In this document: one piece after another, positions 55,530-64,000 of the stretch
Layout: each line of letters begins with the position of its first letter
Position numbering within the stretch: position 1 is the stretch's first letter
DNA from: Alphaproteobacteria bacterium
GTDB lineage: Bacteria > Pseudomonadota > Alphaproteobacteria > CAAHEQ01 > UBA3637
Reading direction: 5' to 3'
Assembly (NCBI GenBank): GCA_017960645.1
Contig: JAGCYU010000017.1
Location: 7,721-71,720, forward strand
DNA: 64,000 nucleotides
Program-made: the position numbers and the translations under genes
The notes under the pieces: model-generated
Told to the model about the DNA's origin: nothing
The model's database searches: none
What the model saw: the letters and a program-made list of their open reading frames with translations, nothing else

Positions 55530-56543
55530 ATGTTAATAAAATGTCCAAATTGTTCTGTAACATATGAAATTCCAGAAGAAATTGGGTTGGTTGAAGGACG
55601 TAAATTAAAGTGTTCTGATTGTAATCATGTGTTTGTATATTCACAATCTGTGGTCGTGTTTGATGATGCTCAAAACAATTTGAAGCAAGAAAATAATCCT
55701 CTTTTTGCATCCGAAGAGTCTGTTTTAACAGATAAAGAAGAAGTTCCACAACCGGAAGTCTTTTTGCCGGAATCTGTTCAGGAACCGATTAGCGAGGATG
55801 ATTTATCAGTTGCATTTACGCCTGTGGAACCAGGATATGGCCCTGTCCAAGACAAATATCGGTTGCCGAGGTTTGTGTGGGCAATATGTCTTCTGTTATT
55901 ATTTTGTTTAGGCTGTGCAGGATTTTATTATGCTGATTTTATTTCCGCCGATTATTTGTTAGGGGTTAATCGTAATCGTCAAACAGAAATGGATATTGCT
56001 AGACGACGTATTGCGGAAGCTCGACGTACTAAATTGAAACAATCTCACCAAGCGTTTGTGGAACGTGCAAGACAAAAGGCTGTTGCACATGAAAATGCTA
56101 TTCCTGTATTTCCTGTTGTTGACAAAATTGATGTAGTAGGGAATAAAGGAAATGGGCCAGATGAAGCCATGAAAAAAACTGAATATTTTAGTGTAGCAGA
56201 GCAGGAAACATCGTCAAATGTATTGGATGTTAATGCGGATGATGCATTTATGTTGAATCCTGTTGTTATGTATAAAGATAAAGAAGTCATACATGAAGCG
56301 GATGGGAATATAAATGTTCGTATGCGGGGAAGTATTCAAAATCCTTCTAAACACGAGTTAGTTTTGCCGCCTGTGGTTCATGCAGTTGCTTTTGATGAGA
56401 ATGGCAAAGAGTTGTTTTCAAAAGATATCTATTTAACGAATCGATATTTGGATGCGGGGCAAACACAGGATTTTTTTGGTTCATATAGTTGGCACCCCGA
56501 AAATCCAAATGTACAAATTCAATGGATTGATATGAGTTTTTAA
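55530..56543 (+). CDS. MJ0042-type zinc-ribbon membrane protein
   Basis: MLIKCPNCSVTYEIPEEI...KLKCSDCNHVF zinc ribbon, one central TM segment, and a position divergent from ftsEX as in many alphaproteobacteria. Confidence 0.7.
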   Translation: MLIKCPNCSVTYEIPEEIGLVEGRKLKCSDCNHVFVYSQSVVVFDDAQNNLKQENNPLFASEESVLTDKEEVPQPEVFLPESVQEPISEDDLSVAFTPVEPGYGPVQDKYRLPRFVWAICLLLLFCLGCAGFYYADFISADYLLGVNRNRQTEMDIARRRIAEARRTKLKQSHQAFVERARQKAVAHENAIPVFPVVDKIDVVGNKGNGPDEAMKKTEYFSVAEQETSSNVLDVNADDAFMLNPVVMYKDKEVIHEADGNINVRMRGSIQNPSKHELVLPPVVHAVAFDENGKELFSKDIYLTNRYLDAGQTQDFFGSYSWHPENPNVQIQWIDMSF

Positions 56544-56560
56544 GGCGTGGGAGGAAAAGA

Positions 56561-57319
56561 ATGCAAATGAAATGGTTGGGGTTAATATCAATTTTATGGT
56601 CATTTTCTGTGAATGCGGCTTGTCAGATGGCAGAAATGATGCAAGAGATAAGTACACCAGAACAGCAACTTATGCTGTATGAAAATTGTGCGGTTAACCA
56701 AAATGATGATGAAACTCAAAGTATGTTAGCCAAGCAATATGCTACAGGAACAGGTGGTGTTAAAAAAGATTTAAACCGTGCTTTATATTATTATCAATTA
56801 TCTGCAGAAAATGGTAATGCGGAATCCCAAGCTCAATTGGCGCGTTTATATATGGAACTGGACAGATCCCCCGCAACCAGAAAGTTATTGACAACCTATT
56901 TAAAAACGATTCGTGCTGTTGATTTGCAAGAGTTAGCAACAATGCAAGGCAAAACTATTCCTCCAGAAGTTTTTAAAGGTGAGTTGGTACATCCTTATGC
57001 TTTGTTGTTATTAGCCAGTGAATCCGAGGATAACAAATGGTTTTATCCGAGTAAGGTTAGAAAAGCCCCCAATTATGTTGAAAAATTATTAAAAAATTAT
57101 CAGTTGGATGAAGAAAAAAAGAAAAAACAAATGCAAGTTGCTTCTGCTTGGAAAAGACGGAAGTTGTTGGAGTCGGCATATTATGTGTTGCCTGATGACG
57201 AATATGAAGTATTTAAAAGAGCTGTGTATCCGACAGATGGCAATTTGGATGTTGTGAAAAGAAGTGAGGCGCTGGCTAAATTTCAACAACACTACGCAGA
57301 GTACGAAAAGGGTAAATAA
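56561..57319 (+). CDS. Secreted Sel1-repeat (TPR-like) protein
   Basis: Signal peptide. LAKQYATGTGGVKKDLNRALYYYQLSAENGNAESQAQLARLYM is a Sel1 unit. Confidence 0.65.
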   Translation: MQMKWLGLISILWSFSVNAACQMAEMMQEISTPEQQLMLYENCAVNQNDDETQSMLAKQYATGTGGVKKDLNRALYYYQLSAENGNAESQAQLARLYMELDRSPATRKLLTTYLKTIRAVDLQELATMQGKTIPPEVFKGELVHPYALLLLASESEDNKWFYPSKVRKAPNYVEKLLKNYQLDEEKKKKQMQVASAWKRRKLLESAYYVLPDDEYEVFKRAVYPTDGNLDVVKRSEALAKFQQHYAEYEKGK

Positions 57320-58618
57320 ATGGCTAAAGTTTATATCAAAACGTTTGGTTGCCAGATGAACGTTTATGATTCGGCAAGGATGCGTGATGCCTTATTGGTC
57401 CATGGCTATAAAGAAACGGATAATCCAGATGTAGCAGATATTTTGCTGTTTAATACATGTCACATTCGCGAAAAAGCCTCCGAAAAATTGTTTTCTGAAA
57501 TAGGACGAGTTGCCAGAGGTAAAAAGAAAAATGCTTTGGTCGTTGTGGCCGGTTGTGTTGTACAGGCCGAAGGAGCAGAAATTTTAAAGCGTTGCCATGA
57601 TATTGATATTGCTATTGGTCCGCAAAATTATCATCAGCTGCCAGAGTTGATTGCTAAATATAATCGTAAAAACGGTCGGAAAATTGTGGCAGATTTCCCT
57701 GCAGAGTCTAAGTTTGATTTTTTGCCAGAACCACAAAAAAATGCAGCCAGTGCTTTTTTGGCAGTACAAGAAGGATGTGATAATTTTTGTTCATACTGTG
57801 TGGTGCCTTATACGCGCGGTTGTGAATATTCCAGACCTTCAAAAGATATTTTGGCAGAGGCACGTGCTTTGGTTAAAAATGGCGCCAAAGAAATTATGTT
57901 GCTGGGACAAAATGTGAATTGTTGGCATGGTGATAAAGGCCGTGATTTAGGGGATTTAATTCGTGATTTGGCTAAAATTCGTGATTTAAAGCGTATTCGT
58001 TACACGACTTCTTATCCCAGTAAGATTACCAAAAATTTAATTTCTGCACATGCGAATTGCAAAAAGCTGATGCCCTATATTCACATTCCGATTCAATCGG
58101 GCAGCGACGCTGTTTTAAAAGCGATGAATCGCAAATACACGGTGGCTGAATATGAAAAAATTGTGGCAGCATTTCGTAAAATGCGACCAGATATTGCTAT
58201 CTCTTCTGATTTTATTGTTGGTTTCCCGGGGGAAACAGAAAAAGATTTTAATGATACCTTAGAATTGGTCAAACGCGTTGGCTATGCCAGTTCTTTTTCA
58301 TTTAAATACAGTTCAAGACCCGGCACGCCGGCCAGTTTAATGAAAAATCAAATACCTGAAGACGTTAAAACAAAGCGCTTGATTAAGTTGCAGGCTTTAT
58401 TGCTTTCTCAACAACGGGCGTTTAACGAAGCCACAATCGGCAAAGAGTTTGAAGTCTTGTTGACGGAAGTGGGTAAAAATCCGGGACAGTTAATCGGTTA
58501 TAGCCCCTATATGCAAGGAACTGTTGTGAAAGCACCAAAAAAACTGTTGGGACAAATTGTGCGTGTCAAAGTAACAGGGGCATCCGCAACGGCGTTGCAA
58601 GCAGAATTGATCGCATAA
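57320..58618 (+). CDS. miaB: tRNA-i6A37 methylthiotransferase MiaB
   Basis: TFGCQMNVYDS N-terminus, radical-SAM CDNFCSYC motif, and a TRAM C-terminus. Confidence 0.9.
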   Translation: MAKVYIKTFGCQMNVYDSARMRDALLVHGYKETDNPDVADILLFNTCHIREKASEKLFSEIGRVARGKKKNALVVVAGCVVQAEGAEILKRCHDIDIAIGPQNYHQLPELIAKYNRKNGRKIVADFPAESKFDFLPEPQKNAASAFLAVQEGCDNFCSYCVVPYTRGCEYSRPSKDILAEARALVKNGAKEIMLLGQNVNCWHGDKGRDLGDLIRDLAKIRDLKRIRYTTSYPSKITKNLISAHANCKKLMPYIHIPIQSGSDAVLKAMNRKYTVAEYEKIVAAFRKMRPDIAISSDFIVGFPGETEKDFNDTLELVKRVGYASSFSFKYSSRPGTPASLMKNQIPEDVKTKRLIKLQALLLSQQRAFNEATIGKEFEVLLTEVGKNPGQLIGYSPYMQGTVVKAPKKLLGQIVRVKVTGASATALQAELIA

Positions 58619-58679
58619 TAATAACTTGCAATTTTTTTAAAAATTCGCTAAACTTCTACTGGTAGAGAAAGGATACAGC

Positions 58680-59351
58680 ATGACGGATTTAGTTTTGAAA
58701 ACAACTTTAAGGCATATTACGCCCAGAACGGCCAATCAAAGTGTATTTGTTGAAGCGATGAATACACATGATATGGTGTTTGGTTTGGGTCCGGCCGGAA
58801 CCGGTAAAACTTTTTTAGCTGTGGCAAAAGCTGTGGCAGAGATGGTTGCTAATAAAGTTGATAAAATTATTTTAACGCGTCCTGCTGTTGAAGCTGGGGA
58901 AAATCTGGGGTTTTTGCCGGGGGATTTAAAAGAAAAAATTGATCCGTATTTGCGCCCTTTGTATGATGCTTTATATGACATGTTGCCGCGGGATGTCGTG
59001 GATAAAAAAATTGAAAACGGTGAAATTGAAATTGCCCCTCTTGCGTATATGAGAGGGCGGACTTTAGCACATGCTGTGGTCATTTTGGATGAAGCACAAA
59101 ATACAACACCAATGCAAATGAAAATGTTTTTAACGCGCTTGGGTGAAGGGTCTAAGATGATTATCAACGGGGACTTAACACAAACAGATTTACCACGGGG
59201 CGTTTTGTCGGGTCTTGTAGAGGCTCAACGTATTTTAGCTGGCATAGATGAAATTGCTTTTGTAGAGTTTGATGAGCATGATGTGGTGCGGCATGGGCTA
59301 GTATCCAAGATTGTGAATGCGTATGCCAAGGACAAAGACGGATGCAAATAG
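58680..59351 (+). CDS. phoH: PhoH-family ATPase (YbeZ), short form
   Basis: Walker [14 protein letters not shown], Walker [20 protein letters not shown]. Only the core PhoH domain is present (223 aa). Confidence 0.85.
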   Translation: MTDLVLKTTLRHITPRTANQSVFVEAMNTHDMVFGLGPAGTGKTFLAVAKAVAEMVANKVDKIILTRPAVEAGENLGFLPGDLKEKIDPYLRPLYDALYDMLPRDVVDKKIENGEIEIAPLAYMRGRTLAHAVVILDEAQNTTPMQMKMFLTRLGEGSKMIINGDLTQTDLPRGVLSGLVEAQRILAGIDEIAFVEFDEHDVVRHGLVSKIVNAYAKDKDGCK

Positions 59352-59779
59352 ATATTCAAGTCCAAGAAAAACGTTTTTATCTGCAAAGCTTGAAAATCAA
59401 GGCCTTTTGTCAGGGGGTTATTGCATCTGCATGGGCTGGGCGCCCAGATGCTGAAATATCTGTTGTTTTAGCGAATGATGATTTTGTACATGCTTTGAAT
59501 AAACAATATCGTGGCCAAGATAAGCCCACAAATGTTTTGTCTTTTGAAAACGAAGGGATTCAAGCAGGGGATATTGTGGTCGCTTATGGTGTGCTCAAAC
59601 GTGAAGCAAAAGAAATGGGTAAACCCTTTTTGACACATTTGGCTCATTTGTTGGTGCATGGGACTTTACATTTGCAAGGCTATGACCATATAACTGATAA
59701 ACAAGCACAGAAAATGGAAAAATTGGAAATTCAATTATTAAAAGAAATGGGATATCCAAACCCATATAGAGAGGTGTAG
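59342..59779 (+). CDS. ybeY: rRNA maturation endoribonuclease YbeY
   Basis: [15 protein letters not shown] zinc motif. Lies in a miaB-phoH-ybeY-corC order. Confidence 0.85.
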   Translation: MQIDIQVQEKRFYLQSLKIKAFCQGVIASAWAGRPDAEISVVLANDDFVHALNKQYRGQDKPTNVLSFENEGIQAGDIVVAYGVLKREAKEMGKPFLTHLAHLLVHGTLHLQGYDHITDKQAQKMEKLEIQLLKEMGYPNPYREV

Positions 59780-60661
59780 ATGTTTGAAAAAATAAAAGCT
59801 TTATTTGAAAAGCATCCCGAAGAAGAAGAAATTATAGAAACTGTGGAAGAAATCATGGACGAGCGTGAAGAACGCGGGGATGATGTATTGGTTGACGATG
59901 ATGAAATGTTAATGGTTAAGAACATCTTTAAATTGCGGGATAAACGGGCTGGTGATATGGCGATTCCCAGAGCTGAGATCGTGGCTATTTCTGTGCATGC
60001 CAAACCAACGGATTTGAAAAAAATTATTTTAAAAGATAAATATACGCGGTTGCCTGTGTTTGATAAGAATTTAGATCATATTGTAGGTGTTTTGCATACA
60101 AAGGATTTGTTGTGTGCTATGTTGGAAAATAAATCCATAGCAATAGATAAAATTATGAATCATAGTGTTGTTTTTGTCGCGCCATCTATGCGTGCGTTGG
60201 ATTTATTAAGGGATATGCAGGCCAAAAGTACTCAATTAGCTGTTGTTGTGGACGAGTTTGGGGGTACAGCAGGTTTAATTACTTTGGAAGATTTATTGGA
60301 AGAAATTGTTGGTGAAATTGAAGATGAACATGATGCTTTGGATACTCCTCCTGTTTTGCGGCAATTATCCCCTCACGTTTGGGAAGCTGATGCCAAAGTA
60401 GAAATTGCTGATTTAGAAAATAAGATAGGTCCTTTTTTGAGCCCAGAAGATAAAGAAGCAGATTTGGATACTTTGGGAGGTTTGATTTTCTTTACAGCAG
60501 GTCGCTTGCCGTATCGTGGCGAGATTATTAAACATAAATCTGGAATTCAGTTCCAAATTTTGGATGTGGATATGCGGCGCATTAAAAAAGTGAAAATTAC
60601 GCATTTTAAAAAATTGAAAGCTAAAAGAAAATCCAAACCGCACTCTGCAGGGAAAAAATAA
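59780..60661 (+). CDS. corC: CBS-pair plus CorC/HlyC domain protein (TlyC/CorC family)
   Basis: PRAEIVAISV..., RLPVFDKNLDHIVGVLHTKDL, VVDEFGGTAGLITLEDLLEEIVGEIEDEHD. Confidence 0.8.
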   Translation: MFEKIKALFEKHPEEEEIIETVEEIMDEREERGDDVLVDDDEMLMVKNIFKLRDKRAGDMAIPRAEIVAISVHAKPTDLKKIILKDKYTRLPVFDKNLDHIVGVLHTKDLLCAMLENKSIAIDKIMNHSVVFVAPSMRALDLLRDMQAKSTQLAVVVDEFGGTAGLITLEDLLEEIVGEIEDEHDALDTPPVLRQLSPHVWEADAKVEIADLENKIGPFLSPEDKEADLDTLGGLIFFTAGRLPYRGEIIKHKSGIQFQILDVDMRRIKKVKITHFKKLKAKRKSKPHSAGKK

Positions 60662-60762
60662 TTTTTTCAAAAGTGTATAAATAGGTATTGTGTTTCATAA
60701 TCCTTTCGTATAGAATAAAACTGTTTGCAAGAATTTGTTTAACTCAACAGAAAGGATTATTT

Positions 60763-61407
60763 ATGAAGAAAGTATTATTAGCCACTTTTGCAATCACTGC
60801 GTTTGTTGCAACAAGTGCGGAGGCTGGCGTTAAGGTTCGTCCTTATGTGTCTGCCAAAGCGGGATATGTTTGGGCTGATGCACGTGCCTATGTATCGGAT
60901 GCTGACACAGGTGAAAAAATATCAAAATTGATGGGAACAAACCATACTTTAATGGGGGCGTTTGCTGCAGGTGTAAAAGTGTGTGCCTTCCGTACAGAAT
61001 TAGAGTATAACCATTGGGGTAAAACCAAAAGTGATAGAGTGTTGCCAGCGTGGAATGAACGCGCTGTAAGTACCTTGGAGCAACAATCGTTGATGTTGAA
61101 CGGATATTTTGATATTCCAACAAAGACGGCTTTGCGGCCTTATGTTGGTGCTGGTATTGGGATGGCTCGTATTCGTGGCCGGGTGCTGTACCCGGAAACT
61201 GTGGGTAAACATGTTCATCGTGATACAAGTTTTGCTTGGCAAGCGGGGGCCGGTTTTGGATATGACTTAACAAAAAATTTGACTTTGGATGTGGGATATC
61301 GTTATGTCAATAATGGTAATGTGGTTATCAAATCAGACTTTGGTTTCCCTATTAAGTATAAAGCTCGGGATCAAGAAATCTTGGTCGGATTGCGTTATGC
61401 ATTCTAA
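60763..61407 (+). CDS. Outer-membrane beta-barrel protein (Omp25/OmpA-like small barrel), paralog 1
   Basis: Signal peptide MKKVLLATFAITAFVATSAEA, alternating beta-strand pattern, and C-terminal ...VGLRYAF. Confidence 0.7.
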   Translation: MKKVLLATFAITAFVATSAEAGVKVRPYVSAKAGYVWADARAYVSDADTGEKISKLMGTNHTLMGAFAAGVKVCAFRTELEYNHWGKTKSDRVLPAWNERAVSTLEQQSLMLNGYFDIPTKTALRPYVGAGIGMARIRGRVLYPETVGKHVHRDTSFAWQAGAGFGYDLTKNLTLDVGYRYVNNGNVVIKSDFGFPIKYKARDQEILVGLRYAF

Positions 61408-61424
61408 GGGATAACAAGTACCAC

Positions 61425-61454
61425 AAACGCCTGTCGCAAGATGGGCGTTTTTTT
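61425..61454 (+). terminator. Rho-independent terminator after OMP paralog 1
   Basis: AAACGCC-TGTCGCAAGATG-GGCGTTT followed by a T-run. The same sequence recurs after paralog 2. Confidence 0.6.
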
Positions 61455-61577
61455 GTTTTTGATGTGGAACAATGTTAAATATAAAAAAACATAAAAAACT
61501 ATTGCATTTCATAATTCTTTGGTATAAAATGGTGCTGTTTAAAGGACAATTGTTTAATTAAACAGAAAGGATTATTG

Positions 61578-62228
61578 ATGAAGAAAGTATTGTTAGCTAC
61601 TTTGGCAATCGCTGCTTTTGTTGCAACAGAGGCAGATGCTTGTGTCAAGGTTCGTCCTTATGTATCTGCTAAAGCCGGATATACTTGGGCTAATGCAAAG
61701 GCTGATGTTTGGTATGTTGAGACTCCTGATGCTAAAGCAAAAATTGCTAGAACAGATCAAGTGTGGACTGGGGCTTTGGCTGCCGGTATTAAAGTGTGCG
61801 CTTTCAGAACTGAATTAGAATACAATCATTGGGGTGTTTCTAAAGATGAAAGTTCTGTTGATGGCGTATGGACAAAGTCTGCATTACGTCAACAATCATT
61901 GATGTTGAACGGGTATTTTGATATTCCAACAAAAATTGCCTTACGTCCATATGTTGGCGCAGGTTTGGGTGTTTCTCGTTTGCGCGGGAAAGTCCATTGG
62001 GCAGGGGATGATGGTTCTCGGTCTGCTCGTCGTGACTATGAACTTGCTTGGCAAGTTGGCGCAGGTTTTGGTTATAACTTAACCAAAAATTTAACATTAG
62101 ACGTTGGTTATCGCTATGTTAATAATGGTAATGTTAAAATACTAAGAACTACACCAGATGGAACACAAGGTATTAAATACCATGCTCGTAACCAAGAAGT
62201 CTTGGTCGGGTTGCGTTATACATTCTAA
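61578..62228 (+). CDS. Outer-membrane beta-barrel protein, paralog 2
   Basis: Signal peptide MKKVLLATLAIAAFVATEADA. Long identical blocks with paralog 1 (VRPYVSAKAGY, CAFRTELEYNHWG, QQSLMLNGYFDIPTK, NLTLDVGYRYVNNGNV). Ends VGLRYTF. Confidence 0.7.
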   Translation: MKKVLLATLAIAAFVATEADACVKVRPYVSAKAGYTWANAKADVWYVETPDAKAKIARTDQVWTGALAAGIKVCAFRTELEYNHWGVSKDESSVDGVWTKSALRQQSLMLNGYFDIPTKIALRPYVGAGLGVSRLRGKVHWAGDDGSRSARRDYELAWQVGAGFGYNLTKNLTLDVGYRYVNNGNVKILRTTPDGTQGIKYHARNQEVLVGLRYTF

Positions 62229-62246
62229 GGTATAACAAAGTACCAC

Positions 62247-62276
62247 AAACGCCTGTCGCAAGATGGGCGTTTTTTT
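62247..62276 (+). terminator. Rho-independent terminator after OMP paralog 2
   Basis: Same AAACGCC...GGCGTTT hairpin plus TTTTTT as at 61425-61454. Confidence 0.6.
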
Positions 62277-62296
62277 ATGGACGGTTTGAAATAAAA

Positions 62297-62321
62297 AAAG
62301 GAGGCTTTCACAGCCTCCTTT
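62297..62321 (-). terminator. Rho-independent terminator of groEL
   Basis: AAAGGAGGCT-TTCAC-AGCCTCCTTT perfect 10-bp stem. On the minus strand it is followed by a T-run (plus-strand AAAAAAA at 62293-62299). Confidence 0.6.
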
Positions 62322-62346
62322 GTTGTTAAGGTATTGGGAGAATAGT

Positions 62347-64000
<1,654 letters not shown>

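Overview
AT-rich, gene-dense chromosomal window. Gene content and order suggest an alphaproteobacterial intracellular symbiont (Holosporales/Rickettsiales-like). That inference rests on the atpH-A-G-D-C order, hdaA, an RHH_4-type gene, an MJ0042 zinc-ribbon gene next to ftsEX, Omp25-like barrels, and LRR, ankyrin and Sel1 proteins. Housekeeping blocks: lipid A/LPS genes (lpxL-like, lpxK, waaA, lpxC); lolA-ftsK-hdaA; an M23 peptidase; a binding-protein/histidine-kinase pair; ruvX, rpiB, glyA, nrdR, nusB; the F1 ATP synthase operon; anmK, plsC, ftsEX; miaB-phoH-ybeY-corC; two tandem OMP paralogs; and groEL, which is cut by the window edge. RNA genes are tRNA-Thr(CGU) and tRNA-Ser(CGA). No rRNA, CRISPR array, transposase or integrase was recognised. 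Accessory or unusual content: (1) A tightly coupled four-gene operon at 46.8-51.4 kb encodes a membrane protein, a VirD4/TraG-type coupling ATPase, a protein with a colicin-E9-like HNH DNase motif, and a SUKH (SMI1/KNR4)-like protein. No secretion-channel genes lie nearby. This is my top candidate for an undescribed system. (2) A compact ~10.6 kb podovirus-like head/tail/lysis cluster with a divergent CI/S24 repressor sits between atpC and a J-domain gene. It has no replication, integration or fibre genes, so it may be a GTA-like or domesticated element. (3) The tRNA-Ser locus is scarred. It carries a duplicated 5' half, a decayed 3' fragment and a shared GC-rich junction motif, and these flank one of two secreted C-type-lectin-like paralogs. 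(4) The ATP synthase operon is remodelled: the C-terminal domain of delta is fused in frame to alpha, and gamma carries an insertion. (5) Two enzyme homologs (Asd-like, SixA-like) appear to have lost catalytic residues. All calls come from reading the six-frame translations and the DNA by eye. No database search was run.
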